The translations under genes were made by a program, and so were the position numbers. 64,000 bases of DNA from Vulcanimicrobiota bacterium (GTDB taxonomy: Bacteria; Vulcanimicrobiota; Xenobia; Xenobiales; JADMJV01). The stretch lies in NCBI GenBank assembly GCA_050250895.1, contig JBFWNU010000001.1, forward strand, positions 3,744,149 through 3,808,148. The letters are read 5' to 3'. Under the pieces are notes generated by a model. The model was not told the origin of the DNA. It was given only the letters and a program-made list of their open reading frames with translations, and ran no database searches. Shown here in pieces: positions 29,571-38,222 of the stretch (position 1 is the first letter of the stretch; the number at the start of each line of letters is the position of its first letter).

Positions 29571-31490
29571 ATGAAACTCACCCGGCAACTCGAAACGGCC
29601 CTTCAGGCGGCGACGACACGGTCGCTGGAGCTGGGCCATTCGGTCGTGTCCAGCGGCCATCTGTTGTGGGCCTTGACAGCTCAGACGGATTGCGGAGCCT
29701 ATCGCTGCCTGGGCGACGAGCAAGCCGAGGCGGCTCGGCAGAAGGCGGCTGAATTCGAACCCGAGCCGGTGGGCTACGAGGGCCTGTTCTCGACGATTCT
29801 GCTGGTGGCCCTCGTCGAGGCCGAGCAGAAGGCCGCGGCCGACGAGCGACAGCGCCTGGGAACCTGGCATGTGCTCGAGGCCCTGACCGGTGCGGATGGT
29901 GAATGTGGGAGCTATCTTGCGGGGTTGAGCCGGGGCCTGTTCGTGGCCGACAAAGAACCGGCCGCGCCGACCAGGACCCCGCACTCGACCATGCTGCTGA
30001 ACCTGGTGTTCTTGTCGGTGGCAGCTCTCTTCGGAGTGTTGCTGTTGTTGCCGGTGCTGGCCGACATCGATCCCGGTTGGGGACGGTCCTATGCCGACAA
30101 CCTGCTCTATCTGGTCCTGGCCGTGATGGGGATGTTCGGGCTCGTGGGGCTGGGGATGGTGGTCAAAGCCCGGCGTCTGAGCGCACTGGCTCCCAACCAG
30201 TGCCGCCATTGCGGCTTCGAGTGTGCGTTTGCCGCCGCCTTTAGCGAGCCGGGGGACGATGGCACGGTGGTGTGCCGCAAGTGCCAACAAGCCCGGCGGC
30301 GCCGAACGCGCCGACTGGTGGCGGCAGGCTGGGCCCTGGTCGGCTTGCTGGCGGTGGCTGCGACGGTCGGGGGGCAAACGCGTCTAACGGGCTTCTTGTG
30401 GCTGCTCTTATGCTTGCCGGTGGCGGCTGTCCTGCATGAACTGGGCCATCTGTTGATGGCCAGGTTACTGGGTTTTCGACCCTGGTGCATCCACCTCGGT
30501 TTCGGCCCCATGGTCATTCGAGGGCGTTGGAAAGAGCTTGAGGTCACCGTTTCGGCCTTCCCGTTCACGGGTTATCCGGAGCTCCTCTCTCAACCGGGAC
30601 GCTGGCGCTGGTCGCTTTACCTGACCGGGGGAATGCTGGCCAACGCCGCGGCGCTGAGCCTGACCTGGCCCCAGCTTTACCGATTTCAAGAAACGGTGTC
30701 GCCTCTTCCGGCCCTGGCGGCGGCGAACCTGGTCATGCTGGCGATCGCGGTGCTTCCTCTGTCTTACACTAACGATGGAAAGGGTGGCAAGCTGGTCTGT
30801 GAAGTCGAGGCCATTGTGGGAGGCCTGACCAAAGATTTGCCCGTGCTGGCCAACGCTCGACAGGTGAGCCTGTTCCATCGCTATCTGTCGGACTGTCGTC
30901 GGCAACGGATCGACCTGGCCGCCGGCACGCTCGCGGCCCTCGAGACCCTCGACCCTGACCAGCCCCTCTACCAGGTCTTGCGGGCGAATCTAGAGTTGTG
31001 GCGGGGCCGGTTCGAGGTTTATCTCGAAGCCGGTCCGCGGGTCCTCGAACTCGACCTCCCCGAGGTCGAGAAGGCCGACATCCATTCCAAGTTGGCCTGG
31101 GCGCATCTCTATCACGACGAGAACTGGGATAGAGCGGCGCGGCACCTGGCTGCGGCCCGAGCCATCACGCCCGGCGCACAAGCGGCGCTCCAGGCCTGTC
31201 TCGATTTTCGCCAGGGCAAGACGCTCGAAGCTCGCAGCGCGCTGGGACAGGCCATGCGGCGAACCGAGCGTTCGGCACACCTGGCCTCGCTGGCTTGCTA
31301 CGCTGCCCTGTTCGCCCGTCTGGACGGCCATTCGCAGCAGGCCGAAAGCTTCGTCGAGGTGGCCGAACACGCCGACCCTAAGTGCAGCTTGCTGGCCGCC
31401 ATCCGTGACCCGCAGGCGTCGTTGCCGCTACGGCCGACTCCGCCAGAGGCCAAAGGGTGGTCGGGCTTTGTCGAGAAGCAAGCCGGATGA
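29571..31490 (+). CDS. Clp N-terminal domain + site-2 (M50-like) membrane protease + TPR-like region
   Basis: SSGHLLWAL and GTWHVLEAL Clp_N repeats; CRHC...CRKC; LHELGHLL in a TM segment; helical C-terminus. Confidence 0.65.
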   Translation: MKLTRQLETALQAATTRSLELGHSVVSSGHLLWALTAQTDCGAYRCLGDEQAEAARQKAAEFEPEPVGYEGLFSTILLVALVEAEQKAAADERQRLGTWHVLEALTGADGECGSYLAGLSRGLFVADKEPAAPTRTPHSTMLLNLVFLSVAALFGVLLLLPVLADIDPGWGRSYADNLLYLVLAVMGMFGLVGLGMVVKARRLSALAPNQCRHCGFECAFAAAFSEPGDDGTVVCRKCQQARRRRTRRLVAAGWALVGLLAVAATVGGQTRLTGFLWLLLCLPVAAVLHELGHLLMARLLGFRPWCIHLGFGPMVIRGRWKELEVTVSAFPFTGYPELLSQPGRWRWSLYLTGGMLANAAALSLTWPQLYRFQETVSPLPALAAANLVMLAIAVLPLSYTNDGKGGKLVCEVEAIVGGLTKDLPVLANARQVSLFHRYLSDCRRQRIDLAAGTLAALETLDPDQPLYQVLRANLELWRGRFEVYLEAGPRVLELDLPEVEKADIHSKLAWAHLYHDENWDRAARHLAAARAITPGAQAALQACLDFRQGKTLEARSALGQAMRRTERSAHLASLACYAALFARLDGHSQQAESFVEVAEHADPKCSLLAAIRDPQASLPLRPTPPEAKGWSGFVEKQAG

Positions 31491-32056
31491 GATGGTTGCT
31501 GCTGCTGGTAGTGGTCGTTCTGGGCGGGTGCGGATTGGGCGCCGCCCAGCTTCAGGGCGAGTTCTTCACGGCTCTCGAGCAGAATCGAGAAGACCGAGCC
31601 CTCGAGCTTCTCAAGGAACATCCTCAACTGGTCATCGGGGGCAACCAGCTGGCCGAGACCAACCTGCAGTTGGCCATCGCCAACCGTCGGGCCCGAGTGG
31701 CCCTGGCCCTGATCGAGGCCGGCGCTCCCTTGAGCGCCAATCCGAAGGCTAAGGGAAAACACGGCAAGTCGAAGGGGGCGCCGCCGCTGCTGCTGGCTCT
31801 GCGCCAGATCAACAGCGCCGACCCCGACCATCCCTTTCGCAACCTGGCCATCGTGATCATAGAAAAGGGCGCCGATGTCAGAGCCCAGGACAAGAGTGGC
31901 TTTACCGCCCTGCACCACGCGGCCGGCCTGGGCGATGTCGAACTGGTCAAGCTACTGCTGGCCAAAGGCGCCTCGAAAGAGGTCAAGAACGAGGAGGGCA
32001 AGACGCCTCTCGACCTGGCCACGGGCGAGGCGAAAGAGTATCTCTCGACTCACTGA
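31487..32056 (+). CDS. Ankyrin-repeat lipoprotein
   Basis: Lipobox LGGC; GFTALHHAA, GKTPLDLA. Confidence 0.88.
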   Translation: MRWLLLLVVVVLGGCGLGAAQLQGEFFTALEQNREDRALELLKEHPQLVIGGNQLAETNLQLAIANRRARVALALIEAGAPLSANPKAKGKHGKSKGAPPLLLALRQINSADPDHPFRNLAIVIIEKGADVRAQDKSGFTALHHAAGLGDVELVKLLLAKGASKEVKNEEGKTPLDLATGEAKEYLSTH

Positions 32057-32523
32057 GCCGGGGATTCAGCCGTTTGCAGTTGGCGGTATTGGCGCAGCAA
32101 ATCGGCCCGCCAGCGCAGGATCATTCCGAAGGCCAGCAGGAAGAAGAGGGCTCCGGTTTGCAGCGGCGACACCAGGTGCTCGACGTAGCCATGCAGGGCC
32201 AGGCGGATGGCTACCAGGATGAACATTACCCACAGGAAGGCTGGCGAGCGGCGAAGATAGATGGCGTCATCGCGCCACTCCATCTTGGACGTGCGGATCA
32301 TCGGGGTGGCAAAGAAAATCGCGCCAAGCACGAAGGCGGTGGCCGCCCAGGCCAGGGGCACGCGAGCGGGAGGGTACAAGAACATGCCCAGCCCGGTGCT
32401 CATTCCCAGGGGAGGGATGATCAGGGCCTTCAAAGTGACCGGGCGACTCGTCTCGCGCAGCCTCCAGAGCAACACGCCACAAGCTCCCATCAGGGGAACG
32501 GCTATGGTGTGAGGGCCCGTCAT
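32050..32523 (-). CDS. ccdC: CcdC/DUF1453-like membrane protein
   Basis: RPVTLKALIIPPLGMSTG; FFLLAFGMILRWR. Confidence 0.75.
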   Translation of the reverse strand: MTGPHTIAVPLMGACGVLLWRLRETSRPVTLKALIIPPLGMSTGLGMFLYPPARVPLAWAATAFVLGAIFFATPMIRTSKMEWRDDAIYLRRSPAFLWVMFILVAIRLALHGYVEHLVSPLQTGALFFLLAFGMILRWRADLLRQYRQLQTAESPAQ

Positions 32524-32573
32524 CGGGGATCATCATACACCCTAACCGGACCCGGGCCAACCCTGGATCTAGA

Positions 32574-33032
32574 ATGCCAGGGGAAGTTGCTGACATCGAC
32601 TTCCTGGCCACGGCCGGCAAAGCAGCCGCCATTCCCGTGATCCTCAGTGCCGGTGCGACGTCGGGATGCGACGCCGATTGCGGGGCAACCACCCCTTCCA
32701 GTTGCACCTCGATCAATCAACCGGCTAGCTTTCCCCCCACGAACTGCGCTTCTTGTTGCGGCACCTGCGGTTTTTTTGGCACGAGTTGCTCTACCTGTCC
32801 GGACGATCGCGCTACCTGTTTTTGCATGCGGTCGATCAATGTCGTGGGCGGGGCCGGGGGCTCCTGTGCCGGCGGGGACACCGAGGTCGGCAGCATGCCG
32901 CAGTCTTGCCTGAAGGACTTTGAACCGCTGTGCGCCTTTCCGGGCGCTTGCCAGAAGGATTGCAATGCCGCCCGCACGGTGGCGGTGGCCAACGGCTTCA
33001 CCCAATATGCCTGCTGCTTCAACTGCACTTGA
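32574..33032 (+). CDS. Cys-rich small protein, degenerate copy A (19 Cys)
   Basis: Near-identical to 35138-35617 but lacks VPRPAS and one Cys. Confidence 0.55.
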   Translation: MPGEVADIDFLATAGKAAAIPVILSAGATSGCDADCGATTPSSCTSINQPASFPPTNCASCCGTCGFFGTSCSTCPDDRATCFCMRSINVVGGAGGSCAGGDTEVGSMPQSCLKDFEPLCAFPGACQKDCNAARTVAVANGFTQYACCFNCT

Positions 33033-33241
33033 CACCTTGCAAGCAGTCGGCTGCCCGCGACAGCCGCTCTCGAGCTGAAGGGTTCGCGGGCCAATCCGAA
33101 GGCCGGCTCGAGAACCACTCGGGAAAGAACAACAAGGTCAGGTCGGCCAGTTGCTGATAGCGGCCCAGGACACCGCGGATGCGGGTCAAGCACTTGCCGA
33201 CGGTGCTTAACCCCTTGCGCGGATGATAGAGGTCGGGATCG
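33033..33241 (-). pseudogene. Deleted fragments of the glycosyltransferase gene
   Basis: Blocks match about 36155-36266 and 36572-36621. Confidence 0.8.
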
Positions 33242-33839
33242 TTGACGCCGCGATCGTCGGCGTCACGAAGGGGCGGCCCATCGACTCTAGCTGATAGTCG
33301 TTGGGATTGGCCGTCTCGTGGCCGGTCAGCACGCTAGCCGCCTGAGCCATGAATTCATACAACCAGCGCCGGTCCTGGGGGTCGTGGCCGAGGCGAACAG
33401 GTGCTGCAGTGGCCACCTGGGCCAGCGATTTCTCTTGCTGGACGGCATTGAGATACAGAACCGGTTGTTGGTTCGAGTGGGCGCCCATCGCCTCGGCCTC
33501 GGCCGGGCTGAGGAAGTCGGCCAGCGAAACGTAGCCTCCGTTGGCTTTGTTCACGCTCGCCCTACAGCACGGTGACCGGCTGGGAAGGGTCTTTTGCAAA
33601 CAACGCCTTTTGGGTGGTGAGCAATCCGCGGCCGGGGTCGGCGGGCGAGGTGACCGTCAGTTGGCGGGCCAGTTCGTCGATTTTGGCCTGGTCGACCTGA
33701 TGCCCCCAGAGATGGTCGAATATAGTTTCCGGCTGAGGGCAGGGCGTTGCGAGGAAGTTGCCTGGTCAAGGAATAGCCAAGGTTTTTTTGGGGTCGTCGT
33801 CAGCCTGTCGAGTTAGGCTGCTAGTGAAGAGAGGTTTCT

Positions 33840-34838
33840 ATGCAGCTCAGACCAGAATTCAAAGATTACGTTTCGCGCAAATTGTACCTTCCCACCCAGT
33901 GCGTGGTCGAGGGTGCTCGACCGTTCGACCTGCCGGCCGGCCAGGCCGAAGAGCGCCTTCAGCAAGAGTGCGAGACGGCCACTCGCATGCTGGAGATGGA
34001 CAAAGATCTGTATCACCAGGATCGGCAAGCCCTCTACGCCGCGCTGCCTCCTGATCCAGGCAAACATCCAGAAATGGCTCATTTTCGTCTGCGAGGGTTG
34101 GCCGAAGAGCAGCTTCGCTTTCGCGTGGTGGAAGAACGCGTCGAGGACGGACCGCCCGGTATCTTCTCGACCGTTCTATGTCAGGCGCCCGCCACCGTCG
34201 ACGAGTTTGACCCCCAGGGACCGGCCCTGGCTCGGCCCAAGGCCGTGCTCTTCGTCGATACCACTCCGGGCGAGCCGGGAGCGACCGTCTACTTTCACTC
34301 GCTAGTCGACCTCTATCCCCAGTTGGATGCCGAACACACCAGAGCCAGCCACGAGTCGGTCAGACCCGACCGCGCTCGGCTACGCCCGGCGGTGGCTGAG
34401 CGGCTCGAGCGTATGAAATCGGCCGTCGCCCTCCATCGCCTGGGCGGCAACGGGGCGGCCGATGCGTCGTATTGCCTGGTCGATGCCGCTGGTACGCCCG
34501 TGGGGGCAGTGCGCATCGAACTCGAGGGGACAGATCCCTTTCGTGGGCCCATTCCTGGTGTCGACAAGACCCAGGGAAGGGTCAGTCTGGCCGTTCATCC
34601 CGACCAGGTCCACGCCGAGCAGATTGAACTCGATGGCGAGGAGCGCAAGGCTTTGCTAGAAAACATTCTGGCGACGGGCTCGCCGACGCCCGACCGGCAG
34701 GCCGCCACGGACGCTCTTCAGGCCCTGGTGGCTGACGGCGACCTTGGCTTCTATGAGAGGGCCGTCGAGCAGCTTGGCGACGAGGGAAGCTGGCTAGGCC
34801 GAATGCGAGCCGGCGAGCCGCCCTCGCGCGTGTTCTAG
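33840..34838 (+). CDS. Hypothetical protein
   Basis: 332 aa ORF, GAGAGG RBS, host-like codon usage. Confidence 0.6.
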   Translation: MQLRPEFKDYVSRKLYLPTQCVVEGARPFDLPAGQAEERLQQECETATRMLEMDKDLYHQDRQALYAALPPDPGKHPEMAHFRLRGLAEEQLRFRVVEERVEDGPPGIFSTVLCQAPATVDEFDPQGPALARPKAVLFVDTTPGEPGATVYFHSLVDLYPQLDAEHTRASHESVRPDRARLRPAVAERLERMKSAVALHRLGGNGAADASYCLVDAAGTPVGAVRIELEGTDPFRGPIPGVDKTQGRVSLAVHPDQVHAEQIELDGEERKALLENILATGSPTPDRQAATDALQALVADGDLGFYERAVEQLGDEGSWLGRMRAGEPPSRVF

Positions 34839-34861
34839 ACGTGCCACGTCGGGATGTCGAT

Positions 34862-35087
34862 TCATCGGGGTGGCAAAGAAAATCGCGCCAAGCACGAAGG
34901 CGGTGGCCGCCCAGGCCAGGGGCACGCGAGCGGGAGGGTCCAAGAACATGCCCAGCCCGGTGCTCATTCCCAGGGGAGGGATGATCAGGGCCTTCAAAGT
35001 GACCGGGCGACTCGTCTCGCGCAGCCTCCAGAGCAACACGCCACAAGCGCCCATCAGGGGAACGGCTATGGTGTGAGGGCCCGTCAT
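34862..35087 (-). pseudogene. Truncated duplicate of the ccdC-like gene
   Basis: Near-identical to 32298-32523, breaks after FFATPM. Confidence 0.85.
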
Positions 35088-35137
35088 CGGGGATCATCAT
35101 ACACCCTAACCGGACCCGGGCCAACCCTGGATCTAGA

Positions 35138-35617
35138 ATGCCAGGGGAAGTTGCTGACATCGACTTCCTGGCCACGGCCGGCAAAGCAGCCGCCATTCCC
35201 GTGATCCTCAGTGCCGGCGTTCCCCGGCCGGCCAGTGCGACGTCGGGATGCGACGCCGATTGCGGGGCAACCACCCCTTCCAGTTGCACCTCGATCAATC
35301 AACCGGCGAGCTTTCCCCCCACCAACTGCGCTTCTTGTTGCGGCACCTGCGGTTTTTTCGGCACGAGTTGCCCTACCTGTCCGGGCGATTGCGCCACCTG
35401 TTTTTGCATGCGGTCGATCAATGTCGTGGGCGGGGCCGGAGGCTCCTGTGCGGGGGGGGACACCCAGGCCGTCAGCATGCAGCAGTCTTGCGTCAAGGAC
35501 TTTGATCCACTATGTGGAGCCTTTCCGGGCGTTTGCCAGCGGGATTGCAATGCCGCCCGCGCGGTGGCCGTGGCCAACGGCATCAGCCAATATGCCTGCT
35601 GCTTCAACTGCACTTGA
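35138..35617 (+). CDS. Cys-rich secreted or precursor-like protein, copy B (20 Cys)
   Basis: DFLATAGKAAAIPVILSAGVPRPASA leader-like segment followed by a 20-Cys core. Confidence 0.6.
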   Translation: MPGEVADIDFLATAGKAAAIPVILSAGVPRPASATSGCDADCGATTPSSCTSINQPASFPPTNCASCCGTCGFFGTSCPTCPGDCATCFCMRSINVVGGAGGSCAGGDTQAVSMQQSCVKDFDPLCGAFPGVCQRDCNAARAVAVANGISQYACCFNCT

Positions 35618-36812
35618 GACGCTCGAGGCAGTCGGCCGCCAGGCCCAGTCCGCTCTCGAGCGGCCGGTCGGGGCCTGGCTTGCTGAAAGCCTGCGACAGC
35701 GACTCTCTCAGCTGATCCGGTTGGCGGCACCAGAGGCCGTAGCCCAGACGTTCTATTCGGCGAGCGTTGTCGAACTGGTCGTGGGCCAGAGGACAGATGA
35801 CCTGAGGGATGCCGGCGGCCAGAGCCTGCGATAGCGTGCCGATGCCGCCGTGGTGAACGATGGCGTCGACCCGGGGCAAGAGCTGGCTAAAGGGAGCGTA
35901 GTGGGCCGTAAGCACGTTGTCTGGCAGGCGTTCGGGCAGGTTGGCGGCGTGGCGCGTCAGCAGAATGCCGGCCCGGTCGCCACACGCCTCGACGGCTCGG
36001 GCGTAGAACTCGGGCAGATTGCCGAATCCGGTGCCGCCCGTGAAGACGACCACCTGTCGTCCCTGCTGACGGGCCTGGGCCAGAAAGTTCTCGATGGGCG
36101 CATCCAACTGGGTGGCCCCTTCGAGGTCATAAAGAGGAAAGCCACAGAACTCCAGGTTTGCGGGCCAATCCGAAGGCCGGCCCGAGAACCACTCGGGAAA
36201 GAACAACAAAGTCAGGTCGGCCAGTTGCTGATAGCGGCCCAGGACACCGCGGATGCGGGTCAAGCCCAGGCGCCGGCGTAGACGATTGGCGGCCGCGGCC
36301 AAAAGCGGATCGACCAGCAGATGATCGAGCCCAAACCAGAGCAGCCGATCGAGCCAGGCCGGCAGTGGGCGGGCTGACGGGTCAAGCAGGGGAGGATCGA
36401 CATGGGAGCGCACCACCGAGGGCTGCAGGTGCACCGTCACCGCCGGCAGTTGGCGGTAGTCCGCCAGGCACCGCACCGGCAGCGATAGGGTCGTGCCCAC
36501 CAGGACGGTGGGCTGGTCGGTGAGACGCTCGAGCATCGCCTCGAAGTCGCGCTCGAGAGTCAAAGCCAGAAACTTGCCGACGGTGCTTAATCCCTTGCGC
36601 GGATGATAGAGGTCGGGATCGCTGGTGGCCAGGTGATACTCCTCCACCGTGCCCACCGGGTGCAACTCGATTTGAGCGCTGATGACCGCCGCTTCGAAAG
36701 CGGGATTGGCGAAGAACACGCAGTCGTGGCCCCGCCGCTGCATCTCGCGGGCCAGACCGACCAGGGGAAGAACATCTCCGTGGCTGCCGGAGGGAAGCCA
36801 GAAGTACCGCAA
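35604..36812 (-). CDS. Family 1 glycosyltransferase (RhlB/MGT-like)
   Basis: GSHGDVLP; YAPFSQLLP...VHHGGIGT...AHDQFDNA. Confidence 0.92.
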   Translation of the reverse strand: MRYFWLPSGSHGDVLPLVGLAREMQRRGHDCVFFANPAFEAAVISAQIELHPVGTVEEYHLATSDPDLYHPRKGLSTVGKFLALTLERDFEAMLERLTDQPTVLVGTTLSLPVRCLADYRQLPAVTVHLQPSVVRSHVDPPLLDPSARPLPAWLDRLLWFGLDHLLVDPLLAAAANRLRRRLGLTRIRGVLGRYQQLADLTLLFFPEWFSGRPSDWPANLEFCGFPLYDLEGATQLDAPIENFLAQARQQGRQVVVFTGGTGFGNLPEFYARAVEACGDRAGILLTRHAANLPERLPDNVLTAHYAPFSQLLPRVDAIVHHGGIGTLSQALAAGIPQVICPLAHDQFDNARRIERLGYGLWCRQPDQLRESLSQAFSKPGPDRPLESGLGLAADCLERLKCS

Positions 36813-36813
36813 G

Positions 36814-38124
36814 CTATGGAGTCAGGTCGCCGGCCACGAGCCCCTGACTGGTCCCCAGCAAGAATTGACCGTTCTGATTGAGGGTCAACAGCTCGCTGGG
36901 ATACAGGGTGCGCTCGCGCATCTTCAGCACCGAAGCCGAGCCGTCGTTGACATTACCGGTGATCAGGCCGCGCGAGGTGCCGATGATGAAGCTGCCATCT
37001 TCATTGAGGGCGGCGGTGGTGTTCTGGACATAGCCGTCGCCGGAGTGGTCCTCGTCGCCGTCTTCATCGACCCCGTTGGTGGCATAGAGGGTGCGACCGG
37101 CCAGCGTCAGGCTGGTCAGCGAGCCGTCGTCGAGGTCGCCTCGCACGACCCCGCGGCTGGTGCCGGCCAGGAATTGTCCCTGTTCGTTGAGGGCCATTCC
37201 CTCGTCAGCGTAGAGACGTTTGCCGTCCAGGGTGAGATGGCTGGTCGAGCCTCCCACCTGACCTCGAATCAGACCCTGGCTGGTGCCGGCCACGAACCGT
37301 CCCTGGTTGTCGAGCTGCATTCCGTCATCCGCATAGACCCGGCGGCCCTCGAGGGTCACCCGCGACACCGAACCGTCGTCGAGGTCGCCCTGCACCACGC
37401 CCTGGCTGGTGCCGGCGATAAACTGGTTGCCGTCGTTGAGGTCGAGGCCGTCGCTGGTGTAGAGGGTGCGTCCCTCGAGTTGGACCAGTTGAGCCTGGCC
37501 GCTGTTGACCAGCCCACTGACCAGACCGCGGGAAGTTCCGCTCAAGTAGCGTCCCTGCGCGTTGACCTGGATGCCTTCGTCTTGATAGAGCGTGTGCCCG
37601 TTGAGTTCGAGCGAGCGCACCGAGCCGTCGTTGAGGTCGCCCACCACGAGGCCGCGGCTGGTGCCGGCGATGAACTGGCCTCGCTCGTTGATGGCCGAGC
37701 CACCATCGGCATACAGGCGGCGGCCGTTGAGTTCGAGGTAGCGCTGGCTGTCCGGCTGGTTGAGGTTGCCCACCACGATGCCACGACTGGTGCCGGCCAC
37801 GAACTGGCCCGAGGAGTTGATGTCGCCTCCCTCGTCGGCATAGAGCTTCTGGCCGTTCACCTCGAGAAGCAGGCCGGTGGCCTGGCCCGGTTGCGCTTCC
37901 TGGGGCAGCGAAATGCTGGTGGATGGCGGCTCGGGGCCCGACTGGCAGCCGGCCAGGGTGGTGATGGCCGCCAGACCCAGCAGGGCTGCTCCCGCCATCG
38001 ACCACTTCGAGCGCGGAGCCTGTCCCGTCTCGACCACATCCAGGGGCTGGCTGGGAGCGGGGAGAGGCGCGGAGCGGGCTCCGGGAGGGGCTGAAAAACG
38101 GAGGGAAGGCGTGGGTTGCAGCAT
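36814..38124 (-). CDS. Putative lipoprotein with eight ~40-aa GTS(R/Q)G repeats (beta-propeller-like)
   Basis: Lipobox LAGC; repeat LxLxGxxLYxxxGxxxNxxGQFxAGTSRG x8. Confidence 0.8.
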   Translation of the reverse strand: MLQPTPSLRFSAPPGARSAPLPAPSQPLDVVETGQAPRSKWSMAGAALLGLAAITTLAGCQSGPEPPSTSISLPQEAQPGQATGLLLEVNGQKLYADEGGDINSSGQFVAGTSRGIVVGNLNQPDSQRYLELNGRRLYADGGSAINERGQFIAGTSRGLVVGDLNDGSVRSLELNGHTLYQDEGIQVNAQGRYLSGTSRGLVSGLVNSGQAQLVQLEGRTLYTSDGLDLNDGNQFIAGTSQGVVQGDLDDGSVSRVTLEGRRVYADDGMQLDNQGRFVAGTSQGLIRGQVGGSTSHLTLDGKRLYADEGMALNEQGQFLAGTSRGVVRGDLDDGSLTSLTLAGRTLYATNGVDEDGDEDHSGDGYVQNTTAALNEDGSFIIGTSRGLITGNVNDGSASVLKMRERTLYPSELLTLNQNGQFLLGTSQGLVAGDLTP

Positions 38125-38222
38125 ACTTTCATCCTATCAGCCTACGGTGGGGGTGGGGTCGATGAACTGTTAACTTCTGGGGGGAACCAGCCATTTACCA
38201 GCGAACGCGAGGACGCATCCAG

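Noticed and set aside
33207-33599. 130-aa minus-strand ORF
   Set aside because: Its 3' end runs into out-of-frame glycosyltransferase debris; at best an unidentified fragment.
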